A DNA stretch of 30,733 bases, taken from a virus. Its lineage: Duplodnaviria > Caudoviricetes. The notes below the pieces were generated by a model, which was given only the letters and a program-made list of their open reading frames with translations, did no database searches and was not told the origin of the DNA. Shown here in pieces: positions 1-10,048 of this stretch. The stretch's first letter is position 1; every line of letters begins with the position of its first letter. The stretch is from positions 1-30,733 of the IMG/VR virus record IMGVR_UViG_3300020438_000160; one strand, written 5' to 3'. A program made the position numbers and the translations under genes.

Positions 1-2
1 CT

Positions 3-86
3 GACATCGTGCGTGGTATGCACCTCTATGGTCGTAAGATTTTAAGACCTGAGGCAATTGTCACTGCTAACTTTAACGTGGCTTAA
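3..86 (+). CDS. Major capsid protein, C-terminal end (5' truncated by the window)
   Basis: The frame from nt 3 reads DIVRGMHLYGRKILRPEAIVTANFNVA*. This DxVRGxHxYGxKxLRPEA pattern is typical of the C-terminus of P22-gp5-like HK97-fold capsids of marine podoviruses, and it heads the structural operon. Too short for the ORF track. Confidence 0.8.
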   Translation, partial: DIVRGMHLYGRKILRPEAIVTANFNVA

Positions 87-98
87 AGGAGATAGAAA

Positions 99-590
99 AT
101 GGCTACAGTTGACGTATCAAATGGTATCAATGCAGGTACGCACCCAAGTCGTGCTATTCGCAAAGAGCCATATAAAGTAGAAGTTGACCTCAACCTTGCT
201 ACTGCAACAACCACAAAAGGTTCTGCATTGGCATCGGCTGACGTTCTTCAAGTAATAGACGTTCCTGCAAAAACAATGGTTTGGGCTGCAGGTCTTGAGG
301 TAGTAACCCCTAGTGATGGTGACTTCCAGATTGACATTGGTACAGGTGCTGACCCTGATGCTTTTGCAGACAATTTTGACTGTGATGGCAACTCAACAGG
401 TGACATGACATCAATACCTGCTGCCTATTCTCCAATAGTAGTATCAGCAGATGATACTATTGATGTAGTAATTGGGCCTACCGCAGGTAGTGCTGATCCT
501 ACTACAGGTGTTTGGAGAGTATATGCAGTTATGCAAGACGTATCAAACGATCTAGGGCCAGACGAAGTAGATCGTGACCAATTAGCTTAA
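99..590 (+). CDS. Putative capsid decoration/cement protein
   Basis: AGGAGA RBS upstream; 163 aa, beta-rich and acidic; lies between the capsid gene and a strong terminator, so it is probably co-expressed at high level with the capsid. Function is inferred from position. Confidence 0.55.
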   Translation: MATVDVSNGINAGTHPSRAIRKEPYKVEVDLNLATATTTKGSALASADVLQVIDVPAKTMVWAAGLEVVTPSDGDFQIDIGTGADPDAFADNFDCDGNSTGDMTSIPAAYSPIVVSADDTIDVVIGPTAGSADPTTGVWRVYAVMQDVSNDLGPDEVDRDQLA

Positions 591-610
591 TTATTAATTG
601 AGTAAACTAT

Positions 611-648
611 ATGGGTGGCTCTAGGGAATAGGGCTACCCATTTTTTTT
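611..648 (+). terminator. Rho-independent terminator after the capsid and decoration genes
   Basis: 13-bp stem ATGGGTGGCTCTA (611-623) / TAGGGCTACCCAT (629-641) with two G-U pairs, GGGAA loop, and a T8 run at 641-648. Confidence 0.85.
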
Positions 649-662
649 ATAAAGGATTAAAG

Positions 663-1103
663 ATGGCAATTTCACAAGCCATGTGTACTTCTTTTAAGAA
701 AGAATTGCTTGAAGGTAAGCATAACTTTTCTTCTGCAGGACACACTTTTAAAATTGCTTTGTATTCTGCAGGTGCGACATTAAGTGCAGGTACTACTAAC
801 TTTATTACTACAGGTGAAGTAGTAGGTGCAGGATATAGTTCTGGAGGAACTGCATTAGTAAATGTAGACCCTACAACAGATAGTACAACAGCTTTTACAA
901 ACTTTGGAACTGCTACATTTACAGGAGCAAGTATTACTGCTAGAGGTGGGTTGATATATAATACAACTACTGACGGTAGTTCAAGTACGACTAATGCAAT
1001 AGCCGTATTAGATTTTAGTGCAGATCAAACTGCAACTGCAGGTAACTTTGTAATAAGTTTTCCAAGTGCTGATGGAACAAATGCTATTGTTAGAATTGCG
1101 TAA
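663..1103 (+). CDS. Virion structural protein (tail/neck associated)
   Basis: Start moved from 615, which lies inside the terminator stem, to ATG 663 with AAAGGA upstream. The MAISQAMCTSFKKELL..G.HNF N-terminus is recurrent in marine podovirus structural modules; T/G/A-rich. Confidence 0.65.
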   Translation: MAISQAMCTSFKKELLEGKHNFSSAGHTFKIALYSAGATLSAGTTNFITTGEVVGAGYSSGGTALVNVDPTTDSTTAFTNFGTATFTGASITARGGLIYNTTTDGSSSTTNAIAVLDFSADQTATAGNFVISFPSADGTNAIVRIA

Positions 1104-1105
1104 CT

Positions 1106-1441
1106 ATGGCTTCTTCTACAACTAATAACACAGGTGCCTTTTATGGTACTGGTGTATTTGGTACAGATAGATATGGAGTTGCTTCTAATAATCTAACAAT
1201 GTTTCCAGATGGCGTATCTGGAACAGGGCAAGTAGGTTCTCCTAATATAACTACAGAGGCAATAGGTGTTCCTAAAGTAGTAAATGTAAATGGTACACAA
1301 GGAACAACTGGATTAGGTAGTATAAGTTTAACAACTAATGTATTTAACTTTAATACTGTTAAAGATAATTATGAAAGACGTAGAACAGTTTATGTTCATA
1401 GAAGAAGTACAGATTCAGATAGAATAGTAAAGGTAGCATAA
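1106..1441 (+). CDS. Structural protein, uncharacterised
   Basis: 111 aa, G/T-rich, YGTGVFGTDRYG motif, tightly packed in the operon. Confidence 0.55.
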   Translation: MASSTTNNTGAFYGTGVFGTDRYGVASNNLTMFPDGVSGTGQVGSPNITTEAIGVPKVVNVNGTQGTTGLGSISLTTNVFNFNTVKDNYERRRTVYVHRRSTDSDRIVKVA

Positions 1442-1442
1442 T

Positions 1443-1763
1443 ATGTCACTTAAATGGCCTAGTAAAGATCCTGATGAAACTGTAGATTTTAGTGTAGATT
1501 GGTCTAGATATTTAGGAAGTCAAGCTACTATAGATACAGTTACATGGTTTGTTAATAATTCATCTGGTGTAAAAACACAATTTAATACAGGGACTATTGT
1601 AAATAATTTACATTTAGTGGGAGTATCTAATACAAATACAGTAGCTACTGTTAATTTAGGATTAGGTACAAACAATACAAAATATAAATTACATTGTCAG
1701 ATATTAGATACAAGTGGAACAGTAGCAGAAAGAACTGTTACTTTACCTATTAAGGAATTTTAA
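1443..1763 (+). CDS. Putative fibre-tail adaptor protein
   Basis: KDPDETVDFSVDW N-terminal motif and small beta-sandwich size (106 aa); stop overlaps the next start (TAATG). Confidence 0.55.
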   Translation: MSLKWPSKDPDETVDFSVDWSRYLGSQATIDTVTWFVNNSSGVKTQFNTGTIVNNLHLVGVSNTNTVATVNLGLGTNNTKYKLHCQILDTSGTVAERTVTLPIKEF

Positions 1764-2488
1764 TGGCATATAATTATTTAGGACTTGTTAACGAAGTTAA
1801 TAGAAGACTTAATGAAGTAGAACTTAGCACTAGTAACTTTGCTAGTACTTCAGGTTTTCATTCACAAGTTAAAGATAGTGTTAATGCTTCTATACAAGAA
1901 ATAGATCAAGAATATCCACACTGGCCTTATAACTTTGTAGAACAAGAAGATACTTTATCTGCAGGTGTAAGTCGATACAGCTTTCCTGCAAATTCTACTG
2001 TAGTAGACTTTGAAACTTTTAGAATTAAAGAGAGTGATACTTTAAATAATAGAACTCAAAAACTAAAAGTATTAAGGTATGAAGAATATTTAGAAAGATT
2101 TGTTGAACAAGAATATACATCAGATACTAGTTTGTATAATGTTCCTGTGTTTGTATCTAAAGCTCCAGGTTTAGAATATGTTTTATCACCTGCACCAGAC
2201 CAAGCATATACAGTTGTTTATGAATATTATTTAACTAGTGTTGAAATGATTGATGCAACAGATGTACCTAAAATACCAGAGATATATAGAAATGTAATTT
2301 TAGATGGTGCTATGTATTATGCTTATATGTTTCGAGGTAATACACAAGATGCATTAGTAGCAAAAGAAAAGTTTGAAGCAGGATTAAAGAACATGAGAAT
2401 TGTTCTTATAAATGAAAACACATATGTTAGATCTACTATGTTAACAAGATCACAAAGAAGTACATACGTTTATAGATTGGCTTCATAA
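1763..2488 (+). CDS. Head-tail adaptor / tail tubular protein A-like
   Basis: YLxLVNxVxRRLNE N-terminal helix, HWPY, and LSPAPDQAYTVVYEYY...PKIPE motifs of podovirus adaptor proteins; lies upstream of the nozzle gene. Confidence 0.7.
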   Translation: MAYNYLGLVNEVNRRLNEVELSTSNFASTSGFHSQVKDSVNASIQEIDQEYPHWPYNFVEQEDTLSAGVSRYSFPANSTVVDFETFRIKESDTLNNRTQKLKVLRYEEYLERFVEQEYTSDTSLYNVPVFVSKAPGLEYVLSPAPDQAYTVVYEYYLTSVEMIDATDVPKIPEIYRNVILDGAMYYAYMFRGNTQDALVAKEKFEAGLKNMRIVLINENTYVRSTMLTRSQRSTYVYRLAS

Positions 2489-4438
2489 ATGGCAGATGCA
2501 TTACAAACATATGCTTTTGAATATAAAGGTGGGTTAGTAAGTAACTTATCTCCTTTACAGCAAGGTTTGCAACAACCTGGTAGTGCTAGGATTTTAAGAA
2601 ACTTTGAACCATCTGTTGAAGGTGGATATAAAAAAATATTAGGGTTTACTAAATTTGATAATAATTTAATACCTTCTTTTGGACAACCAAAGGTACACGG
2701 AGCTAGTCAAACAGGTACAAACTTAGTAGTTGCAGGATTATATATTACACCTATAGTAGGAGATGTATTTACAGTAACAGGAATTAGTGGTACTTACACT
2801 GTGTCTTCAGTTAGTTATAGTTCAACTACTAAAAGATCAACTTTAGGTTTAACAAGTAGTTTAGCAAGTTCACCTGCAGATCAAGCAGATGTAACCTTTA
2901 CTACTAGTAGAGAAAATCCTAGTGGGTTAGCAGCATGGGAAAGTTCTGTTATCGTTGCAAGAAATGGACACATATATCGTTCTACAGGTACAGGATATAC
3001 AAGGATAAATATAACACAGTATGGAACACCTGTAGTAAATGGAGGTAGTCAGACAGGAGGCACATTAGCAATAGATGGTTTAACATCTACTCCTAAAACT
3101 GGAGATACTTTTACAGTAGCAGGTATAACTTTAGTATATACAATCACTAATACACCTACTGTTACTAGTGGAGGTACAACTTTAAACATATCTCCTGACT
3201 TAGCAAGTAGCCCTAGTGATGGAGCTAGTGTAACTTTTTTAACAAGTGATAGAACAGGAACAGAAACTACTAGATTTGCAAAATATAGAATAGGTACAAC
3301 AGAAAAAATAGCAGGGGTAGATGGTACAAACTTTCCTTTTTTATATGATGGAACAACATATACACCATTAACTGAAGCACCTAGTGATGTTAATGGAGCA
3401 GAGCATGTAGCATTTTTTAAGAATCATTTATTTTTTTCAAAAGGTGATGTATTAAGTTTTACAGCACCTTACACAGATAGTGATTTTGCTCCAGGTAATG
3501 GAGCAGGAAACATAAGTGTAGGTACTAATATAACAGGACTTATAGCTTTTAGAGAGCAGTTAATTATATTTAGTGAAAATAAGATAGAAAGATTAGTTGG
3601 AAATACACTTGCAGATTTTATATTACAACCTATAACTACTAATATTGGATGTGTTGATTCTGATACTATAAAAGAAGTTGCAGGTGATGTAGTATTCTTA
3701 GGGCCAGATGGAATTAGATCATTAAGTTCTACAGATAAGATTGGGGATTTTGATTTAGCAGTTATATCAAAAGTTATTCAAAAAGAAATAGTAAATTTAA
3801 TATCTAGTAATTCAAGTTTTACAAGTATAACTATAAAAGGTAAATCTCAATATAGATTATTGGGAAATAATACAGGAATATTAGGAACACAATTAGCAGG
3901 AACAGAAGGGAATATGTTTGGATGGGCAGAAGTAAGAGGCATAAAAGCAGTAGCTGCTGATAGCAATTTAAAAAATAAAATAGAGACTATAGTATTTACA
4001 AATGGTAATGGATACGTTTATAAAATGGAAGACGGTAATAGTTTTGATAGTGAAAATATAGAAGCAAACTTTGCAACACCTTTTGTGACATTAAATGATC
4101 CACAATTAAGAAAAACTATTTATAAGTTACATTTATATACAGATCCTGTAGGTAGTGTAGAAGTAGACTCTAGTTTATTATTTGACTTTGATACAGATGG
4201 AGTTGTACAACCTGCACCAATTACTTTATCAAATACTACAAGTACGATATCTGTTTATGGTGATACTACTTCAACTTATGGGACAGCTACATTTGGTGGT
4301 AAATTAAAAAAAGTATTTACAACACAAACAATAGGGTCGGGTTTTAATGTTTCTTTGAATTTTTTAGTAAGTGATACAAATGCACCATTTTCATTAGATG
4401 CTTCAATTTTAGAATATGCAACTTTCGATAGACGATAA
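2489..4438 (+). CDS. Tail nozzle / stabilisation protein (P22 gp10- or tubular protein B-like)
   Basis: 649 aa; GGL..N start, beta-propeller-like segments (FKNHLFF, ITGLIAFREQLIIF, IGC...TI.EVAGDVVFLGPDGIRSL); follows the adaptor gene. Confidence 0.7.
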   Translation: MADALQTYAFEYKGGLVSNLSPLQQGLQQPGSARILRNFEPSVEGGYKKILGFTKFDNNLIPSFGQPKVHGASQTGTNLVVAGLYITPIVGDVFTVTGISGTYTVSSVSYSSTTKRSTLGLTSSLASSPADQADVTFTTSRENPSGLAAWESSVIVARNGHIYRSTGTGYTRINITQYGTPVVNGGSQTGGTLAIDGLTSTPKTGDTFTVAGITLVYTITNTPTVTSGGTTLNISPDLASSPSDGASVTFLTSDRTGTETTRFAKYRIGTTEKIAGVDGTNFPFLYDGTTYTPLTEAPSDVNGAEHVAFFKNHLFFSKGDVLSFTAPYTDSDFAPGNGAGNISVGTNITGLIAFREQLIIFSENKIERLVGNTLADFILQPITTNIGCVDSDTIKEVAGDVVFLGPDGIRSLSSTDKIGDFDLAVISKVIQKEIVNLISSNSSFTSITIKGKSQYRLLGNNTGILGTQLAGTEGNMFGWAEVRGIKAVAADSNLKNKIETIVFTNGNGYVYKMEDGNSFDSENIEANFATPFVTLNDPQLRKTIYKLHLYTDPVGSVEVDSSLLFDFDTDGVVQPAPITLSNTTSTISVYGDTTSTYGTATFGGKLKKVFTTQTIGSGFNVSLNFLVSDTNAPFSLDASILEYATFDRR

Positions 4439-4450
4439 GGATTAGTTATT

Positions 4451-6205
4451 ATGGGTACAGGATATATAAGAAAAGACACTGGTAATAATATTGCTGACGG
4501 TAATGTTATTAATGCATCTGACTTAGATGGAGAATTTGATGGTTTAGTTAGTGCATTTGCTACCTCTACAGGTCATAGCCATGATGGCACTGAAGGAGAA
4601 GGTGGGCCAGTAAGTAAAATAGGGCCATCACTTCAATATGAAGCAGATGCTAATGCATTTTTTCCTGAGACTAACAATGCAGTAGATTTAGGTAAAACTG
4701 CAAAGCAATTTAAAGATTTATATATTGATGGTGTTATTAATACAGATAACATGTCAGCAGATGCTGCTACCATAACTGGTAATGCTTCAGTTGGTGGTAC
4801 ATTTAATGTAGGAGGAGCTACAACTTTAACAGGTGCTGCATCTTTATCTAATACATTAGCAGTTAGTGCTGCTTCTGCATTTAAAGGAGCAGTAAGTGTA
4901 GAGTCTACATTACGAGTTACTGGAGATAGTGATGTATCTAATTTATCTGCTAGTGGAACACTTGATGTAGCAGGAACAACTAATTTAGCTACTGCTAGTA
5001 TTACAGGAACTGTAAATGTAACAGGAGAAACTACACTAGATAATGTATCTGCTAATGGTACATTAAATGTATCTGGTAATGGTTCTGTAGGTGGCACATT
5101 TAATGTTGAAGGCGATCTTAAAAACAGTGCAGGTAATTTAACAGTTGCTGCAGCTACTTATATTGTTGAAGTAAAAGGTGGTGGTTCTACAGATGGTACA
5201 GTTCAACTTAATTGTAGAAGTAATTCACACGGTCAAAAAATAATGTCACAACCTCATAGTGAGGGTGTTACTAATGAAATGCTTTTGCCTAAAGGTGCTA
5301 ACTCTACATTAGTATCTGAAGTAGGTACAGCAACTATAACTAATAAAACTTTAACTAGCCCTGCAATAAATGGAGCTACTATAGATTCGGCTGTTAGTGT
5401 TTCTTCAGCAGGAACATTAAATGCAGGTACTAATGCAGACATACAAGGTACTTTAGATGTAGGAAGCAATGCTTCAGTTGGTGGTACATTTACAATTACT
5501 GGCGGTGCTAGTGCAGCTTCAACATTAAATGTTGGAGGAGCAGTATCAGGTAAAGGTACATTAACAGTATCAGATACAGTATCGGCTGCAGGTGCTATGA
5601 ATGTAGGTGGTAATTTTTCAGGTAAAGGTACATTAACAGTTACAGATGCAGTTTCTGTAGCTAGTACATTAAATGTAGGTGGTAACTTTTCTGGTAAAGG
5701 AACATTCAATGTTGCAGGTAGTGCTACACTAAGTGGCAATGTAACAATGGGTGATGCTACTGCTGATGTTACTATTGTAAATTCTCAAGTAGAGTTTAAA
5801 AATAATCTTAGAGAAAGAACTTCAGTATCTACTACAAGTGCTACTGGTACAATTAACTTTGATATATTAAGTCATAATGTAGAACTAAGAACTAATACTG
5901 CTGCAGCTAACTTTGAGTTAAATCTTAGAGGAGATGCATCAACATTATTTCATAATGTAGTAGCAACAGGAGAAACAACATCAGTTGCATTTGAATCTAG
6001 TATGGGTGGTACAGCTTATTATTTAACAGCTATTAAAGTAGATGGAGTAACAGCTTCACCTGTTCATTGGCAAGGGGGTACTACTGCACCATCAGAAGGT
6101 AATGCAGATGGTATAGATAGTTATTTAATAAATATAACTAAAACAGGTAGTGCAGTATATACTTGCCTAGCTTCACAGACACAATATGGAAAGGTTACAT
6201 ACTAA
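4451..6205 (+). CDS. Tail fibre protein
   Basis: N-terminal GY.R...IADGNVINASDLDGEF...GHSHDG attachment region, many GNASVGGTFNV-type 6/12/24-aa repeats, C-terminal W.GGTTAP...GIDSY domain. Confidence 0.8.
   Translation: MGTGYIRKDTGNNIADGNVINASDLDGEFDGLVSAFATSTGHSHDGTEGEGGPVSKIGPSLQYEADANAFFPETNNAVDLGKTAKQFKDLYIDGVINTDNMSADAATITGNASVGGTFNVGGATTLTGAASLSNTLAVSAASAFKGAVSVESTLRVTGDSDVSNLSASGTLDVAGTTNLATASITGTVNVTGETTLDNVSANGTLNVSGNGSVGGTFNVEGDLKNSAGNLTVAAATYIVEVKGGGSTDGTVQLNCRSNSHGQKIMSQPHSEGVTNEMLLPKGANSTLVSEVGTATITNKTLTSPAINGATIDSAVSVSSAGTLNAGTNADIQGTLDVGSNASVGGTFTITGGASAASTLNVGGAVSGKGTLTVSDTVSAAGAMNVGGNFSGKGTLTVTDAVSVASTLNVGGNFSGKGTFNVAGSATLSGNVTMGDATADVTIVNSQVEFKNNLRERTSVSTTSATGTINFDILSHNVELRTNTAAANFELNLRGDASTLFHNVVATGETTSVAFESSMGGTAYYLTAIKVDGVTASPVHWQGGTTAPSEGNADGIDSYLINITKTGSAVYTCLASQTQYGKVTY
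5521..5720 (+). repeat. About three imperfect 72-nt (24-aa) tandem coding repeats in the tail fibre
   Basis: CAGGTAAAGGTACATTAACAGT at 5547 and 5619, and the variant CTGGTAAAGGAACATTCAATGT at 5691, give an exact 72-nt period. Confidence 0.8.
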
Positions 6206-9200
6206 TGCCTATTAAAGGATTAAAAGGTGGTGTAGGTACTAAAGCATTAGGTTATGGTTTAGGTGGTGCTGAGACAGAAGCTACTGATGCAGAATTTAAT
6301 CAAACTGTACTTCTTCTTCATGCTGATGGTTCTGAAGGTGAAGGTAATACTGCTGCATTAGGAAATCCAAACTACAAAGCATTTAAAGATAACTCTACAT
6401 CAGCCCATGCTATTACTGTGCAAGGTGATGCTTATGGTAATGACTTTAGCCCATATTATTATGCTGATGGTTATTGGTCTGTTGCTTTTGATGGTACAGA
6501 TGATATTCTTTCCGTGCCAAATTCTTCTAACCATGAGTTTGGGACAGGTCAATTTACAGTAGAGCTTTGGGTATATATGTTGGATAAAAGTGCAACAAGT
6601 GGACAAGGTTTTTTAGGTAATTATGGAAATGGTAGTAATGGTTGGTCAGTTCAACTTTATGGAAATAATCTTGAGTTTACATTCGGAAATGGTCAGATTG
6701 CTCAGTATGATTGGTCATCAAGAGAAAATAATCGTTGGTATCATTTAGCCTTTGCTCGTGATGGCTCTAATAATATGAGAGCTTTTATAGATGGAACACA
6801 AGTGGTTACTGGTGTTAAGACAGATAATATCGTCATTGGATCAAATGCTTTACAAATAGGTAATATGGGGCCTACCATAGCTCGTAGATTTAAAGGGGGG
6901 TACATATCTAATGTTAGAATTGTAAAAGGAACAGCTTTATATACTTCTGGATTTACACCGAGTACATCTCCATTTACTACAACATCACAAAGTGCTACTG
7001 CATCTGAGGTAGAGTTACTTATTTGTCAATCTAATAGGTTTGTAGATAACAGTAGCAATGCTTTTACTGTAACATTAACTAGCACTCCAAAAGTATCTAC
7101 CAACACACCATTCACACAAAGTAAAACTGCAAATGTAGGTTCTGGGTTTTTTGATGGTAGTGGGGATAATTTAGAACTTGCTACTTCTGCTGATTGGGCA
7201 TTTGGAACAGATGATTTTACCATTGAAATGTGGGTATATGCACTTTCGACGGCTGAACAAGGTTTGTATGATGGTAGAAGTGCAAATGGTGCATATCCAT
7301 TCTTGTTGATTCAAGGTAGCACTGGTAAGTTTATGTATTATGTAAATACAGCAGTTAAAATTACTGCTAATGATACTGTTCCTTTGAATCAATGGGTGCA
7401 TTTAGCCTTGGTTCGTTATAGTAGTACAACAAAAATGTATGTACAGGGTGTAGCACAAACAGGAACTTTTTCAGATAGTACTGATTATTTACAAGCACCA
7501 CTTCATATAGGGGCAAATCAACCTGCGGGGGGAAATCCCTTTTCTGGTTATTTATCAAATTATCATGTCATTAAAGGAACAGCAAAATATACATCAAATT
7601 TTACTCCTTCAACATCTACAATATCTGCTGATTCAAATACTAAACTTCTTACAATGCAATACTCAGGAGCAGTTCGTAACGTAGGATTTGTAGATGATTC
7701 TAAATATAATCATCAGGTTAGTCGTAATGGTGATGTAGCTATGGGTACATTCAGCCCATTTAGTTTAGAAGATGGATATTGGAGTGATTATTTTGATGGT
7801 GATGCTTATCATTTAGTACCAGATTCTGATGAACATAATTTTGGTACAGGAGATTTCACAATAGAAATGTTCATATATTTATTGGAAACACCTGGTCATT
7901 TTATTTTATTAAGTGCTCCTAATGGAACAACAACACAATTTGGTTATTCATCTACTAAATATTTACATGCTTACATTAACAATTCTGATACTATTAGAAA
8001 TACAGATGGAGTTCCTAGTAATTCATTAATATTAAATCAATGGAATCATATTGTTCTTGAAAGAAGTGGTACAAATTTATCTATACTATCTAATGGAACT
8101 AGACATGCAACAGTTACATTTAGTGGTACTGTTGATTTTTCTAATTTAAATATTAATAGATACCATGGTGGTGGTGCGTATGATTCAGTTAGTTATATAT
8201 CTAATTTAAGGTTTGTTAAAGGTAGTGTTGTATATGATTCAGATAGTTATACTGTACCTACTGCACCTTTAACTGCTATATCAGGTACTACACTTTTAAC
8301 TTGTCAGTCTAATAGGTTTATAGATAATTCAACTACAGGACATACAATAACACCTTACAATGGTGCAAAAGTTTTACCATTCTCTCCATTTGCACCATCT
8401 AGGTCATATAGTAAAGATGCAGTAGGTGGTAGTGCTTATTTTGATGGTACTGATGATTATATTCATGCAACTTTGCCTTCTGGAATTGGCGCATTAGACA
8501 TGACAGTTGAGTTTTGGTATTACCCTACAGTTTTTACAAATTATCTTACACCTTTTTCTGTAAACGCAAGTGGTGATCGTTTGCAGGGTTTTAATGTAGG
8601 CTCTGATGAAAATGGCAAATTAAAATTTGTTGATACCGATGCCACAAATTATGCGTCTGGAAACAATCAATTACAACTAAATTCGTGGAATCATATTGCT
8701 GTAACTAGAGAAGGCAGTACAGTTCGTGTGTTTCACAATGGAACGCAAATAGGAACTGTATCTAATAGTGAAGATTGGACAGGGACAATAATTGCTGTTG
8801 GTGCTAGAGCAGATAATTTTAGTGAAGAAATTACAGGTTATATATCTAATTGTAATCTAGTAATTGGCACAGCAAAATATGATGCTTCTGGTTATACAAT
8901 CCCATCAACTCAAATTACTGCTCATACAAACACACAGTTTTTAGTAAACTTTAATAACGCAGGTATCATTGACCATACAATGAAAAACAACCTTGAGACA
9001 GAAGGTAATACAAGGATCTCAGGACAACAAATAAAGTTTGGCACTGGTAGTATTTATTTTGATGGTAATGATAAATTACAAAATAGACAAGTAAATGAAT
9101 TATTTTATATGGGGACAGGTGATTTTACCGCAGAATGTTTTTTCTATAGTTCAGCAACACAGTCTGATGGAGATCCTGGTAGTTTAATGATTTATATAGG

Positions 9201-9573
9201 TAATGGTGCTGAAAATGCAATTTGGGTTGCATTAGACAGTAGTGGAAAAGTAAGAGGTCGTGTTGGTTTTGCATCTAGTTCTTGGGCAACTTCATTAGGT
9301 TCGACAACAACTATATCAAATAACACTTGGTATTTTGTGAGTCTAGAAAGATATAACGGAACACTTAAGTTATTTATTAACGGAACTTCAGAGGCTTCTG
9401 GGGCTAACACTACAAATTTAAGTAATACATATGGTGGAAATGTTTCTATTGGATATCAATATAATAATTCAAGATTTTTTAATGGATTTCTGGACGAAGT
9501 AAGAATTAGTAGAGTTGGAAGATACCAAGGTACAAACTTTACAGCCCCAACAAAAGCCTTTGCTAATAGATAG
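6205..9573 (+). CDS. Multi-LamG (concanavalin A-like) tail fibre / receptor-binding protein
   Basis: Start moved to ATG 6205 (TAATG overlap with the upstream gene). Five units of S..FDG...FGT.DFT.E.W/F.Y...W.H.A..R...ISN.R..KG...Y. Confidence 0.85.
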   Translation: MPIKGLKGGVGTKALGYGLGGAETEATDAEFNQTVLLLHADGSEGEGNTAALGNPNYKAFKDNSTSAHAITVQGDAYGNDFSPYYYADGYWSVAFDGTDDILSVPNSSNHEFGTGQFTVELWVYMLDKSATSGQGFLGNYGNGSNGWSVQLYGNNLEFTFGNGQIAQYDWSSRENNRWYHLAFARDGSNNMRAFIDGTQVVTGVKTDNIVIGSNALQIGNMGPTIARRFKGGYISNVRIVKGTALYTSGFTPSTSPFTTTSQSATASEVELLICQSNRFVDNSSNAFTVTLTSTPKVSTNTPFTQSKTANVGSGFFDGSGDNLELATSADWAFGTDDFTIEMWVYALSTAEQGLYDGRSANGAYPFLLIQGSTGKFMYYVNTAVKITANDTVPLNQWVHLALVRYSSTTKMYVQGVAQTGTFSDSTDYLQAPLHIGANQPAGGNPFSGYLSNYHVIKGTAKYTSNFTPSTSTISADSNTKLLTMQYSGAVRNVGFVDDSKYNHQVSRNGDVAMGTFSPFSLEDGYWSDYFDGDAYHLVPDSDEHNFGTGDFTIEMFIYLLETPGHFILLSAPNGTTTQFGYSSTKYLHAYINNSDTIRNTDGVPSNSLILNQWNHIVLERSGTNLSILSNGTRHATVTFSGTVDFSNLNINRYHGGGAYDSVSYISNLRFVKGSVVYDSDSYTVPTAPLTAISGTTLLTCQSNRFIDNSTTGHTITPYNGAKVLPFSPFAPSRSYSKDAVGGSAYFDGTDDYIHATLPSGIGALDMTVEFWYYPTVFTNYLTPFSVNASGDRLQGFNVGSDENGKLKFVDTDATNYASGNNQLQLNSWNHIAVTREGSTVRVFHNGTQIGTVSNSEDWTGTIIAVGARADNFSEEITGYISNCNLVIGTAKYDASGYTIPSTQITAHTNTQFLVNFNNAGIIDHTMKNNLETEGNTRISGQQIKFGTGSIYFDGNDKLQNRQVNELFYMGTGDFTAECFFYSSATQSDGDPGSLMIYIGNGAENAIWVALDSSGKVRGRVGFASSSWATSLGSTTTISNNTWYFVSLERYNGTLKLFINGTSEASGANTTNLSNTYGGNVSIGYQYNNSRFFNGFLDEVRISRVGRYQGTNFTAPTKAFANR

Positions 9574-9581
9574 GAGATAAA

Positions 9582-10046
9582 ATGTATATTGCAAAAGTAG
9601 ATGGAAATGTTGTCGGTGAAATAGTACATTATACGAAAGTATTTCGTAGTGTACCTACCGATGAACAGTTAGCCCTTAGAGGTTATAAAAAAATAAATAA
9701 ACATAAACCTTATAATGTTTTAACAGAACGACTAACAGGTGCTACACCTTATGTATCGGGTACATATGTATTTACTGTAGAAAAAACAGATATGACTGCT
9801 GATGAAATTACTTCAGCTAAAGAAAGTGCTATGAATAGCATACGATCTACTAGAGATAATATGTTAAAAGATACAGATTGGGCTGCAATTAGAAAAGCAG
9901 AAACAGATACGGCTATGCCTAGTGCTATGGCTACATATAGACAAGCATTAAGAAATGTTCCTGCCACGATAGGTAGTGCAGATCCAAGAACATGGTCTGA
10001 TTGGCCTAGCATTAGTTTAGACGGAAGTTCTGCTAGTGGAGTATAA
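9582..10046 (+). CDS. Tail fibre assembly chaperone
   Basis: IRSTRDNMLKDTDW...YRQALRNVP...WP signature; AGGAGA RBS; directly after the fibre genes. Confidence 0.8.
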   Translation: MYIAKVDGNVVGEIVHYTKVFRSVPTDEQLALRGYKKINKHKPYNVLTERLTGATPYVSGTYVFTVEKTDMTADEITSAKESAMNSIRSTRDNMLKDTDWAAIRKAETDTAMPSAMATYRQALRNVPATIGSADPRTWSDWPSISLDGSSASGV

Positions 10047-10048
10047 TA

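Noticed and set aside
615-662. Track start at 615 for the 162-aa ORF
   Set aside because: Lies inside the terminator stem; ATG 663 has an RBS.
4633-5739. Long antisense ORFs 4633-5097 and 5254-5739
   Set aside because: Shadows of the G/T/A/V-rich tail fibre repeats; low-complexity products opposite a well-supported gene.
6205-9573. Diversity-generating retroelement target in the fibre genes
   Set aside because: No reverse transcriptase and no near-identical template/variable repeat pair differing at adenines was seen in the window.
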